Origin: Octopus sinensis
Lineage: Eukaryota
Length of the DNA: 64,000 bases
Assembly (NCBI RefSeq): GCF_006345805.1
Contig: NC_043012.1
Span: 49,352,001 to 49,416,000, forward strand
Reading direction: 5' to 3'
Position numbers and translations under genes: made by a program. The notes under the pieces were generated by a model. That model was given only the letters and a program-made list of their open reading frames with translations. It was not told where the DNA came from and made no database searches. Of the stretch, positions 38,766 to 52,334 are shown piece by piece. Every line of letters starts with the position of its first letter. The first letter of the stretch is position 1.

Positions 38766-39137
38766 ATTCTCTTTTACTCTTTTACTTGTTTCAGTCATTT
38801 GACCGTGGCCGTGCTGGAGCACCGCCTTTAGTCGAGCAAATCGACCCTGGGACTATCTATCGGTCTCTTTTGCCGAACCGCTAAGTGACGGGGACGTAAA
38901 CACACCAGCATTGTTTGTCAAGCAATGCTAGTGGGGTGAACACAGACACACAAACACACACATATATGTATACGACAGGATTATTTCAGTTTCCGTCTAC
39001 CAAATCCACTCACAAGGCATTGGTCGGCCCGGGGCTATAGCAGAAGACACTTGCCCAAGATGCCACGCAGTGGGACTGAACCCGGAACCATGTGGCTGGT
39101 TAGCAAGCTACTTACCACACAGCCACTCCTTCGCCTA
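38766..39137 (-). mobile_element. SINE family B, full length
   Basis: Complete head-to-tail match. Confidence 0.93.
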
Positions 39138-39818
39138 CATATTAAATTTTATGTAACTTGACCAATATTTTTGAAGTAATGAACAATTTTCATCAAAACA
39201 ATTATATAATATGTCGACTTGGAACTTGTTGCAAAGCTTCATGATAAACAATATATTTTGTCTTCCTATTCGGGGGTCAGTACGATTGTTTCTTCTCTCT
39301 AACCTCTTCCTCTCTCTCTCTCTCTTTCTCCCTCTCTCTCTATCCCTCTCTCCCTCTCTCTCTATCCCTCTCTCCCTCTCTCTTTCGCGATTTCTGTAGA
39401 TTGTTTTCAACCATCACCATCACTAGTACCATCAGCCACGCCACCACAACTGCTATACACACACCATTCCGAATTTTGACGCCACTACCATCAACACCCT
39501 TTGTCTTCGCCGCCTTCCCTCCACCACCATCAACACTGTCATTCATATCCCTTACTATTACCGTCATGCTTGCCTGCCTCAGCTACCACCACCACCACTA
39601 CCACCACCACCACCATCACCGTCGCCTCCGCCTCCATCACATTACTGTTACTATCACCTCATTACCTTCTCAATTGTCATTCTGCTACCGCCCTCACCAT
39701 ATCTATGCCTACTATTACTCTCACCCCAGGTAGAGAAGTAGAAGAAGTATCATTGAATAGTGAGTGAGAGTGGGGGTCAAGGTGTGACACATTGACACAG
39801 AAATTCGTTTTGATATTA

Positions 39819-39912
<94 letters not shown>

Positions 39913-40034
39913 AGATGAGATCCAGAAGTTTTCACTATAGAAAACAGTAGTTCTCAAGTGATCTGAACGTATACTCCGAAACTTTTCAGCAGTTTTATTT
40001 GTTTATTTGCATTATTGTATTTGTGCTTAAATAC

Positions 40035-40198
40035 ATGCATGCATGTATACATACATACATACATACATACATACATGCATACATGCATACATACATACAT
40101 ACATACATACACACATACATACATACATACATACATACATACATACATACATACATACATACATACATACATACATACATACATACATACATACATAC
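40035..40198. repeat. (CATA)n tetranucleotide repeat
   Basis: Direct reading. Confidence 0.97.
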
Positions 40199-40944
40199 TT
40201 CTGAATGACGTAAAATGTGTCATGACGCATCTAAACATTTTGAGTTGGAGAAACAGAAAAATAAAAGAATTATCTCCTGCAACTAACAGACACATTTGTC
40301 CTATCCCCAGCAAAAAACAGCAATGCCCCCATTGTGACTTCATTAAATTACGCATCCATCGCAAATAGATGCAACTTCTTTTACTCTTAATCTTATTTGT
40401 TTTGGTCCTTTCCTTCAACACTGAAGACGTCACTTCTCACTTTGCCCGTTCATGGATATATAACTCAAGTAAGAAGTCACTTCGCTCATAACACGCAACA
40501 CGCATTTTTTTTCTTCCTTAAGACAACCTATATTCAGTGAAGCATTCTGGGTGGCCACGCTGGGAAAGTTGTTAAATGTTTTGGCTTTCGTCATTGAGAG
40601 TAGCAATAGAACTGTCACTTACTCTTCCAATTTCATGAAAATCGTTAATGAGGCTACCACATTTTTTGTGAACTTCTTGCTACCATCTTGCTACCCACTG
40701 GGTGCTACATTCACTATATCTATTTTAAAAAATTGTCTGAAGAAAATTAAAAATTTCAAAATTTGAAGTCTTGTTTACCTACAAAGATAAAATTCAGATG
40801 GGAAGACAGTGTACAAATCTGTATATAGAGACTCACAGGCACTTCACAAAAAAAAAAAAAAAAAATCTATCGAATTTGGAAAGTAATTGGATATTTTTCA
40901 GAAAATCTCTAGCTTGTAAAAGGCATGTTTGTTAAAAGCTACTC

Positions 40945-41009
40945 CAGTGATGATGATGATGACAACAACGACGACGACAACTACAGCAAAAATAATAATA
41001 ATAATAATG

Positions 41010-41044
<35 letters not shown>

Positions 41045-41099
41045 AATGATGATGATAATGATGATGGTGATGATGATGATAATAATAATAATAATAATA

Positions 41100-41152
<53 letters not shown>

Positions 41153-41158
41153 TTAATA
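40945..41158. repeat. (GAT/CAA/AAT)n compound tract
   Basis: Direct reading. Confidence 0.95.
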
Positions 41159-41899
41159 ATAAAGGCTTCTTATTTAAGCATATGGCCAATAATTTCTTGG
41201 GATTTCTAAATAAAATTGTTTTCAATACTTGACTGCTATAATATTTTATGCCCTCCCCATAAATGGATGAAATACAATGTTGATCGCGATGGGAAATGGT
41301 AACATATATAGCTTGAGTAAATATCTTGAAGTATTTTTAGGTGAGAAAGCGGAAAATTTTATCAACCTACAGCATGTAACAGGTACTTCACTTATCGACT
41401 CCATTAATGCAAAAGCGGACAATATTGACATCAGAAGGATTTCAAAAGTGAAATAACAATAAGAATTTTTTGAGACATTATGAAGAGATTAGGGTGTGCA
41501 GAGTTTGAATGAACATTTGATAGTCAACTGTAGTGTTTTTGATTTACTGCATGGGGAACGAATAGAAATGTTTCCTATTTCTTCCTGTAAGGTCAAGAAT
41601 ATATAATATATAACATATGCATATTTATAGAAACTTGTATGCGAGTGTATGTGTGTGTATGTGTGTGTGTACGTGTATGTGTGTCAGAGCGCATATGTGC
41701 ATGTATTTGTATATACAAAAACAAAACTTACGCCGTACGTTATTGATACACGCACATATATACATATATCATACGGGTATACACACAATATATATATGCA
41801 TGCATACATGCATTATACATACAAAAGCAGGGAAACACAAACACATATCGCTAAATATGCATATACATATACGTATAGATACATACACAGTCACACAGA

Positions 41900-41921
41900 A
41901 CCGTATATATACATATACATA

Positions 41922-41969
<48 letters not shown>

Positions 41970-42517
41970 ATATTATAAGATATATATATAAATATATATA
42001 TATATATGATATATAAATATATATATAAGTATGTACAATATAAATATATATATACTATGTAAATACAATTATATAATATATATTATTTATATTATATAAA
42101 ATATATATATATATATATCTTATATATATGAATCATACGAATATATACATATATATTATTCATTCGAGCTAACAACATAGGGAGAAATTCAATCTTCTGA
42201 ACTGTTGTATGTAAATAAATTATGTTTTCTACCACATAGTTGCCATTTATATACTCCTAAAAGCTTCATTCGCCAATTGTTTATTTGCCTGTCTTATCTT
42301 TTCACACTACACAAAAATACACACTGCTTCCTACTGCTATCTCTATGCTATTTAATGGCTATATGTATATGTATGAGCGTGTGTGTGTATATATATATAT
42401 ATATTTATATACATATATATATATAGTATATATATATAAGTATATATATATATATATATATAATATATATATAATATATATATGTATACATAAATATATA
42501 TGAATATATATATATAA

Positions 42518-42573
<56 letters not shown>

Positions 42574-42660
42574 AGATAAGAATATACATATAATATATAT
42601 ACAGAGAGATATATGCATGAACATAGACATATATATATATATATACATATATATGTTCAT
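41900..42660. repeat. Degenerate (TA)n field
   Basis: Direct reading. Confidence 0.9.
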
Positions 42661-43291
42661 AGATACATAAATACACGCGTATGTGTGTATGTTTGTATTT
42701 GTATGTATGTGTTTGTGTTTGTATGTGTGTGTGTGTGTGTGTGTACACGCGCAGATAGTGGAAAGATTACAATAGCAATATTAATCTCGGAGATATTATT
42801 TTTTTTTGTACTTTTTTGTTAATTCACTATTGTGGTTTTTTTCCAAAGAAAGAAGGCTGATACAGTTGCTAGAATTGCTAAATGTAGCGACTAGATCTCC
42901 CTAAAATTATGTACAATAAGATCTGTCTTGAGTCATCAGAAAAAAAACATTTATTATAATGCTATACGTATCTTTCCCAGCAAGAATAACTTTTAGTTAA
43001 AGACTTTCAGATTTGTGCTGGAATGGGTGAAACAGTCAAAGCTTTACATGACAATTAATGTTTTAGAGTTGATTTGATAATAGTACACTCAAAATTTTAG
43101 ATGTCTTTCATTTAAAAATTACTGGTTATATCGACACTGAGTAATTGATCTCTTATATATTTCGTCAGTCAGGAAGATATGAAATATAAAATAAGACCGC
43201 AGTAAGAGGAGATATTTCAATCAGACAAGAATATCATTGTAATGTCTGTCTCTGTTGGAATATAAGGTGTAGAGCTCACGTGAATATACAC

Positions 43292-43391
43292 NNNNNNNNN
43301 NNNNNNNNNNNNNNNNNNNNNNNNNNNNNNNNNNNNNNNNNNNNNNNNNNNNNNNNNNNNNNNNNNNNNNNNNNNNNNNNNNNNNNNNNNN
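43292..43391. other. Assembly gap (100 N)
   Basis: Exactly 100 n characters, a typical scaffolding placeholder of unknown true size. Confidence 0.98.
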
Positions 43392-43453
43392 CACTATCTA
43401 CACATATACAACATACATGCAAATACGTATAACTCTACATACCTACATATACA

Positions 43454-43498
<45 letters not shown>

Positions 43499-43652
43499 CA
43501 TCTTACACATCTGTATATACACACACATATACATGCACATTCACATAACTCTACATACCTACATATACATCGACACACTAGCTGTACTTATTATATATAT
43601 ACATATATATATACACACACATACACACACACATATATATCTATATAACATA

Positions 43653-43721
<69 letters not shown>

Positions 43722-43812
43722 TATATACATATATATATATATACATATATACACACACACGCACACACAAACTTGCCTAAATGTATAAATGCCAAAACAA
43801 TTCTTGTTAACT

Positions 43813-43859
43813 AGCTTCCTGATGATTTCTCTTGAAACAGTTCTAGTCCTGTAGAAGCT
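43813..43859 (+). ncRNA. Type I hammerhead ribozyme-like motif (stem II unpaired)
   Basis: AGCTTC-CTGATGA-tttctctt-GAAA-CAG-ttctagtc-CTGT-A-GAAGCT: full core, 6-bp stem I, 4-bp stem III, GUA site. Confidence 0.6.
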
Positions 43860-44559
43860 CCTTCTATATAATATATATATACATATTGAGATAGGGGTTG
43901 TAAATGCAACCCTCCATGGGATTGCATATATCCAATATACTGCTAGTGAAGTACCCAACAAAGTTAATACATAAATGTTAAGGATTGCGATGCAATCAAA
44001 TCATTTACTGTATTATATGGGCAAAGGTAAAACGATTTACCACAATTAGATGTATTTCTCCATTTTCTTATCTTGTATATATATATTCTTATGTGTTTGC
44101 GTGCATACTTACATGCGCTTCAGTGTGTGTGCAGATTCACTAGATATTTGCTCTATTTAACATAGGCCTGTATGAAACACTAGGTATTTGGTATGTTTTT
44201 CTGAACTTTTATTCTACGTCAGTGAGTTCGATCGAAGAGAGGTCAACAGCCATTGTTTGAACGTCAAAGCTAGAAGTTTGAGGATTTTGCTAACCCCTGC
44301 CACTCCAGTATCTCTGGTATTTAAAGTATCAGTGATTATAGCAAGTCGTTATCTTTTGACATCTTGACTTAGCTAAACCATCCATCCATTCATTAATATA
44401 TCTATTCATACGTACATACACACACATACACTAGCCTGCACGCCTCCCCGCCCGCAAATATATTCAGAATCTCTCCATGAAAATACTTTGGAATTTTGAA
44501 TCGAGGGAAGAGATATACAGAAGCATGCATGTATGTATTGTGTGATGCCATGCGTGTGT

Positions 44560-44583
44560 ATTATAATATGTATATATATATAT

Positions 44584-44627
<44 letters not shown>

Positions 44628-44699
44628 TATATATGTATATATGTATGTTTCTATCAGATACATATATGTGCATTGATTGCATGTACGTGTGTATATGTG

Positions 44700-44731
<32 letters not shown>

Positions 44732-44863
44732 CATATGGGTATCTATCTATCTATCTATCATTATCTATCTATCATCTCTCTCTCTCTCTCTCTCTATATC
44801 TATATATTATATATAATATATATATATATGGCGGAACGCACGCATCCCTTTCTATATATCTAT

Positions 44864-44896
<33 letters not shown>

Positions 44897-45199
44897 GTGC
44901 GGAACGCACGCATCCCTTTCTATATATATATATCTTACATATACATATATAATATATATATATATATATAATATATAGTTACACATACATACATTCATAC
45001 CACCATACGTACATGTACATATATATGCATAGCTATACATACATATACACACATATATATATAAAGTGAGAGACGGGGAAAGAAAGCGAGAGAAAAGAGA
45101 TTTTATATATTTATACAGAGAGAGACAGGAGAGAGAAAGACATATATATAGACAGACAATCAGAGAGACAGACAGACAGGCAGATAGATAGATAGTCAA

Positions 45200-45269
<70 letters not shown>

Positions 45270-45429
45270 GGATACATAGATAGATAGATAGATAGTCAGA
45301 TAGATAGATGAATAGATACATATATACAAACATTCATACATACATACATGCATACATAGATACATACATACATATACATACATACGTATATATACATACA
45401 TACATATACATTACATATACATACATACA

Positions 45430-45461
<32 letters not shown>

Positions 45462-45540
45462 CATACAAAGATATACATACATACATACATACAACATACA
45501 AACATACATACATACATACAAACACATACATACATATGCG
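44560..45540. repeat. (TA)n, (GATA)n and (CATA)n microsatellite field
   Basis: Direct reading. Confidence 0.93.
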
Positions 45541-46759
45541 TGCAAATAGTCTGAAAATGAATGATCGTCATCAGTTGACACTAAACGTGATCTTATCTGA
45601 CCTGCAAATATGACATTTGCGGAGCGAACTAATTGATTGACATTTGTCATTTAATGAGATAGGAGGGTTTATCCATCATAAAATATTAGTCAGTTCCACT
45701 GACCAGCCAAGGAACTGTCGAATGGGTGGACAAACAAACACTTGGTTAGTATGCATGTTGACCTGCTCTTAATCCCAATAAACACTCTTTTCGTCTCTCG
45801 CCTTCTCATTATTATCATTCCTCTTATTATTATTGCAAGTGTAGAATCCAGGCTTCATCCCCGCTCTTCTGAATAACTCTAATTCAATGAGCCAATAATT
45901 AGTGGCTCTGCTGGAGCCTATCTGTCTGTCCTACTAACAAACTGTCCACTCCTTCATCATCCAAATGCCCCAATTGCCGAAATGCTACACAGGATATGAG
46001 CTTGTTAAAATTATTTTTTTCAAAATAAAACGAAATAATAAATAAATGAATAAATGATTGTACATATTCACCGTCATGACATCTGCATGAGTCACAGTCT
46101 GCTAGAAATAGCCACCAAGTTTCCTCCATTCGCTAGCCCACACATATACACGCGCACATTAATTCATCTCAGAATATCATGATTGACAATGATATCCTTT
46201 CACTGTGGAGAGATGAAAACAACGTTAATCCTGCTGAATCTGAGCGCTAGTAAAAAGGATGCAACTTAATTGTACAGCGTGTGTAATCCGGCAATCTTTC
46301 ATTGCAAATTCATTGATATTAAAAGTATTATTGACTTCAAATATCGAAGTTTCTCACATTTCCGTGATATGGCGGTCAGTGATATCAATCCAGTATTGTC
46401 TGATATCCTATTTTCCTATTTTATGGACCCTAGAGGGATTAGATACTAAGTCAGCTCTGATACGATCTGAAATCATAATAAGACCCGACAAAACTAAATA
46501 TTAAAATCATTTAATCCATTACCTGTTTTGGCAAGGAAATCCCACAAACTTAATCTATAATTGGTAATTTCTAATCTATAATTCTGCCGAAACGACGTAT
46601 TCGTGTATTAGGTTTACAGCAACCTTGTCTATGGAACAAAATCGAAGACATGCGAGAGATTTTTATGATAATGAAGCAAAGATCCTATAGATTATCATAC
46701 ATTAATATTAGTTACAATAAGATATTTCCACGGCTCCCACTTGTTATTAATAATGTTCT

Positions 46760-46945
46760 GCTTGTCGGTATTTCGTCTGTCTTTACGTTCTGAGTTCAAA
46801 TTCCGCCGAGGTCGACTTTCAGAGCAAATTTAAAGGGGGCTCATTTTGCGAATGAGAAAGACTAGATCCCAGTTGCGTACTGGGATCTAATTGACTGGCC
46901 CCTTTCCCAAAAATTCCGAGCCTTGTGCCTAGAGTGGAAAAGACT
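46760..46945 (+). mobile_element. SINE family A (tail variant 2), partly deleted
   Basis: ggtatttcgtctgtctttacgttctgagttcaaattccgccgaggtcgacttt..ggccttgtgcc-like tail. Confidence 0.8.
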
Positions 46946-47134
46946 TTTTGCACAAAGTGACTTTGCCCGATATTCCTTAATATATATATATATATATGAA
47001 GGTGACAGATAGATAGATAAACATAGTTGTCATAATGAAGTCAAACGAAATCATTTAATACGTACGTTTCTGCTTTGCATATATGTGTGTGGGTGGGTGT
47101 GCCGGATATTTTGATTTCATTAGCGTGGATCTAC

Positions 47135-47588
47135 TCTAGGCACAAGGCCCGAAATCGTTGGGGAGGGGGACAGTCGATTAGATCAACCCCAGTACGCAAT
47201 TGGTACTTAATTTATTGACCCCAAAAGGATGAAATGGCAAAGTCGACCTCGGCGGAAATTGAACTCAGAACGTAGCGGCAGACGAAATACCTATTTCTTT
47301 ACTACCCACAGAGAGGACAAACAAAGACAGAAAGCGGATTAAGCCCATTATATCTATTTCTTTACTACCCACAAGGGGCTAAACACAGAGGGGACAAACA
47401 AGGACACACATAGGTATTAAGTCGATTACATCGACCCCAGTGCGCAACAGGTACTTAATTTATCGACCCCGAAAGGATGAAAGGCAAAGTCGACCTCGGC
47501 GGAATTTGAACTCAGAACGTAGCGGCAGACGAAATACCGCTAAGCATTTCGCCCGGCGAGCTCACGTTTCTGCCAGCTCGCCGCCTAG
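47135..47588 (-). mobile_element. SINE family A multimer (head plus 2-3 bodies)
   Basis: Junction gacgaaatac|ctatttctttactaccc; terminal unit has tail variant 2. Confidence 0.9.
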
Positions 47589-47969
47589 GATCGAGAAATA
47601 TAGCTTTATTAATGATATATCTCTAAGCGAAATATACTTGTAACTTTATATATTTCGTTTTATAATACATTAAGTGATGGAATCAATTTTACAAGTTATG
47701 TAAACAGTTTAAAGTATTATTTGTATTTTTTTCAATTAATACTTACAGTAGTTCAATAAAATGTAACATATTGCCAGTCATTTTTTTCCCTAGACAAAAT
47801 TGTGCCTATTTCTGTTTGCAAGTTTATCCAAACCAGGAAGTTGAAAAATAAAGACAACTTAGATAGGAAGTATACGTGATCCGGAAAAAACACCACCTCG
47901 GACAAAAACCTTTAGTTAAAGTGCAAAAGCTGACAAAAACCACTCGGTTATATATTTTGGTTATCATAC

Positions 47970-48130
47970 GTTTTTGTCTTTTTACTTGCTTCAGTGATTA
48001 GACTGCGGCCACGCTGGAACACTGCCATGAGGAATTTTTAATTGACTGTATCGAACCTAAGTTTTTTTCTTTGCTTGTTTTTGTCATTAAAATGCGGCCA
48101 TGTTATGACACCGTCTTGAGGAATTTTTAA
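47970..48130 (-). mobile_element. Two isolated SINE B-type 3' tails
   Basis: ttacttgcttcagtgattagactgcggccacgctggaacactgcc and a second degenerate copy. Confidence 0.65.
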
Positions 48131-48699
48131 TCGCAGAAAAATCAGCATTTTAAAATTAAAATTTAAAATTTTCTGTTTTCTTCTCTCTGCACTTAGAGAT
48201 TAATGAATTTGACCTTTTGAAATTTCTCCGGCCGTTGACTGTTATACAGAATTAGGGCGCCGAAGGCTAATCGTTTCTATTTTTCTGCACATTTCTTGAA
48301 GTAAATGCTTTCCCTTTTGTTAGAATTCGGACAATATGTACATCGAGTAGTAAAGAGTTTTGTGTTCTGTTATTGTATTCTACTTATACATTTTCTACTG
48401 AATATTTTTGTTTACTTAAAAATTGGAATTTTGGAAAATAAAAGTTATTTTACAACCGCGATTTCTGTTTTTGTTAATGTGTAGTTATAAAAAAAAAAAA
48501 ATCAAGAGATTTGGCTGTTATTTCTAGCATGTGGTGAGACCTGGGCTAAACTTCATGTGCTGGTGAAAATAATCTAAAAAATTCTGGGATCAAAACATTT
48601 GACTAAAACGTCTTCAAGACGGTGCCCCAGCATTGCTGCAGGTTGATGATTTAACAATTACAAAAAAAAAAAAAAAAAAAAAAGAACTCAGATGGTTTT

Positions 48700-49547
48700 G
48701 ACAAGCAAGGACAGACAAACGGATTAAATCAATTACCTTGACCCTAGTGCGTACATGGTACTTAATTTATCGACCCCGAAAGGATGAAAGGCAAAGTCGA
48801 CCTCGTCGGAATTTGAACTCAGAACGTAACGGCAGACGAAATACAGCTAAGCATTTCGTCCGGCATGCTAACGATTCTTATTTGTTTACTACCCACAATG
48901 GGCTACACACAGTGGGGACAAACAAGGACAGAGAAACGGATTAAGTCGATTACATCGACCGCAGTGCGTAACTGGTACTTAATTTATCGACCCCGACAGG
49001 CTGAAAGGCAAAGTCGACCTCGGCGGAATTTGAACTCAGAACGTAACGGCAGACGAAATACAGCTAAGCATTTCGTCCGGCATGCTAACATTTCTTATTT
49101 TTTTACTACCCAGAAGGGGCTACACACAGTGGGGACAAAGAAGGACAGAGAAACGGATTAAGTCGATTACATCGACCGCAGTGCGTAACTGGTACTTAAT
49201 TTATCGACCCCGAAAGGCTGAAAGGCAAAGTCGACCTCGGCGGAATTTGAACTCAGAACGTAACGGCAGACGAAATACAGCTGAGCATTTCGTCCGGCAT
49301 GCTAACGTTTCTTATTTTTTTACTACCCACAAGGGGCTACACACAGTGGGGACAAACAAGGACAGACAAACGGATTAAGTCGATTACATCGACCGCAGTG
49401 CGTAACTGGTACTTAATTTATTGACCCTGAAAGGATGAAAGGCAAAGTCGACCTCAGAGAAATTTGAACTCAGAACGCAACGGCAGACGAAATAGAACTA
49501 AGCATTTCGTCCGGCGTGCTAACGTTTCTGCCAACTCGCCGCCTTAC
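48700..49547 (-). repeat. SINE family A tandem tetramer, 217-bp period
   Basis: Identical ORFs start at 48865 and 49082; a single head at ~49545. Confidence 0.95.
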
Positions 49548-50074
49548 TTCGTGCAATAATTAAACACAAGGAAATAGAATTACTAGGAATCAATTTCGTT
49601 CAGTGTTAAATTTTCACTCAAGTTCAATTTGTCCCACGTCCTACTACCGTTGCCATGATGTTTTCATCTTCCCTTACATTAATTAACCAGGCATTATTTA
49701 CTTAGGATGGAAATAAAGAGACGGAAAAAAGAATCCAATTTTTCCTCAGAAATATTTCACAGGGAAAATATCACATTTCACTTAAATACCAAAAATAATG
49801 GCCCAAGTAACGAAACAAATAATTCATGTCACTTATTTTCTGACGATGCAAATCTTGTACACTATGGCAGCAATTCATGGAATGGCATTACGCGCAGGTG
49901 ACGAAATTCCCATTTTTATCTGATGGTTTAAGTAAATAAAAATTAAAGCAAAAGAAATTATAGACTTGTTATTGATTGGAATTTTCTTCTGCGATTTTCT
50001 GTGGACTTTTGTGATATTTTACCGAGTTAATTATTTACTGGTTTCGGTTCACTAATGATATACTCACTAAGGAT

Positions 50075-50302
50075 ATTACTCTTTTACTCTTTTACTTGTT
50101 TCAGTCATTTGACTGTGGCCATGCTGGAGCACCGCCTTTAGTCGAGCAAATCAACCCCAGCACTTATTCTGTGTATGCCTAGTACTTACTAGTACTTATT
50201 CTATCGGTATCTTTTGCCGAACCGCTAAGTTACGAGTACGTAAACACACTAGCATCGGTTTTCAAGCGATGTTGGGGGGGGGGGATGACAAACACAGACA
50301 CA

Positions 50303-50382
<80 letters not shown>

Positions 50383-50538
50383 CGACGGGCTTCTTTCAGT
50401 TCCCGTCCACCAAATCCACTCACAAAGCTTTGATCGGCCCGAGCCTATAGTAGAAGACACTTGCCCAAGGTGCCACACAGTGGGAATGAACTCGGAACCA
50501 TATGCAAGCTACTTACCACACAGCCACTCCTACGCCTA
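50075..50538 (-). mobile_element. SINE family B, full length with expanded (CA)n
   Basis: Complete head-to-tail match. Confidence 0.93.
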
Positions 50539-50940
50539 TGTTCAGTTAAATTATACCTCTGTTACTTATCACCAATACTCAACAAAAAGACCTATGCTAC
50601 ATAAGAGTTGATTTAGCAAACATTTAAGGTTAAATGGCAGATTTAGTAGGAGGACCAGTGAAAACTAGGAGTGAGTAAAAATAGTTTAAATCTAGTTTTC
50701 ACAAAAGTGTTTTATCCAAACAATGAAACTCATTCTAACGCGGATAATGAACCAACTTATGACACTTTTGAACTGCTTATAAATAGCAGTGACTTTGGAA
50801 AATATTTCAAGGTGATGCACTACGCAAAATATTGGTTTCAAAATTTGGCACAAGGCCAGCAGATTTTGGGGAGGGTCTAGGTCGATTACATCGACGCCAG
50901 TGCTCGACTTGTACTTATTTTATCGACCCCAAAGGGACGA

Positions 50941-51740
50941 ATTGCGCACTAGTTTTTAACTTTCCAGCTCACTTCTGTTGTTTACAGTAGTGCTTGGAAA
51001 GAAAGCGTGAGGTGTGTGATCATCGCTTTGATCATGACAGAGAAAGTTGTCATGGCCATACTTGCTCCGAGGCCTACGCAAAGTTGCAGAAAGTGTATGG
51101 AAGTATATGCACGAGGCGCACGCATGTGTGCGAGTGATTCAGACGTTTCCAAGATAGCCGAGAAAATGTCGATATTGACGAACGTTCTGGAAGACCCGCA
51201 ACCAGCAGAACTGAGAAAAACATTGCAGAGGTGCATGCAGCTATGAGGAAGAATCAACGAATCACCGCCCGTGGGCGATCAGAGGATGTACAGATTAGTT
51301 ACAATTGAGCTCAGTCCATTATCAAGGAAGATTTGGGTATGAGATACGTGTCTGCTAAGTTTGTGCCAAAACTGCTTTCAGCTAAGCAGAAAGACACTAG
51401 GGTTTAAGTTGCATAATAACTTCTTAATTGTGTCGAGAACGATACAATCCTTTCGAAAACTTTGCGTAGGACTCTCATCGGGTATCGCTAAGAATTTGGC
51501 AAAATTTGATGCAGATTCTCAGCACAACTTACACTGTCGTGTTCAATACGACGGTCACATGCTACATACCTTTCTTCTGAGCACTGCTGTAAACAGCATA
51601 TGTAAGCTAGAACATTAAAACTTTGAGCGCATGTAGATAATCTTCCAAGGTCAATCTGTGCCAAGCGGCTTTAACGTGCATGCTTTAGCTTCGTTACTAT
51701 GGCAACAGTCCTGATATTTATTGATGGGACAACGCGAATA
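50941..51740. mobile_element. Fold-back mariner derivative, copy 2
   Basis: Same architecture, left-arm deletion and internal junction (tttcgaaaactttgc) as 35804-36700. Confidence 0.88.
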
Positions 51741-51812
51741 TATATATATATAATACTATATTTGTTCCACGTCCTCGCGTTGTTGTGTTTTTTTGTGCTT
51801 TCTTGTTTGGAT

Positions 51813-51870
<58 letters not shown>

Positions 51871-51918
51871 GGCGGTGCCCCAGCATGGCCACAGCTAGCG
51901 AGCTGAAACTAGATAAAA

Positions 51919-51965
<47 letters not shown>

Positions 51966-52023
51966 GTATATGGCGGTGCCCCAGCATGGCCACAGCTAGC
52001 GAGCTGAAACTAGATAAAAAAAA
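51871..52023 (+). mobile_element. Two tandem 52-bp CR1-like LINE 3' tails within (TA)n
   Basis: ggcggtgccccagcatggccacagctagcgagctgaaactagataaaaaaaa at 51871 and 51972; aligns to the LINE end at 60590-60634. Confidence 0.8.
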
Positions 52024-52334
52024 TTATATATATATATGTCTGTGTATGTGTCTGTGTACATGCGTGTGTTTGTCCCTACTACCGCTCGACAACCGGTGTT
52101 GGTATGTTTACCTTCTCGTAACAATGGTTCATTAAAAGAAGCCTGAGAGAATAAGTACAGGCTTAAATACACACACACACGCACACATATATAGATTTAA
52201 ACTATTTTTACTCACTCCTAGTTTACGCTGGTCCTCCTCCCAAATCTGCCATTGAACTTCAAATGTTTGCTAAATCAACCCTCATGTAGCATAGGTCTCT
52301 ATATTGAGTATCGGTGATAAGTAACAGTGTTATA

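Noticed and set aside
39401-39767. T/P/H-rich 110-aa ORF
   Set aside because: Decayed (ACC/CAT)n low-complexity sequence
48738-49378. Repeated 98-aa ORFs (RPRKDERQSRPRRNLNSERNGRRNT)
   Set aside because: Antisense translation of SINE A units; the same peptide appears wherever the SINE does
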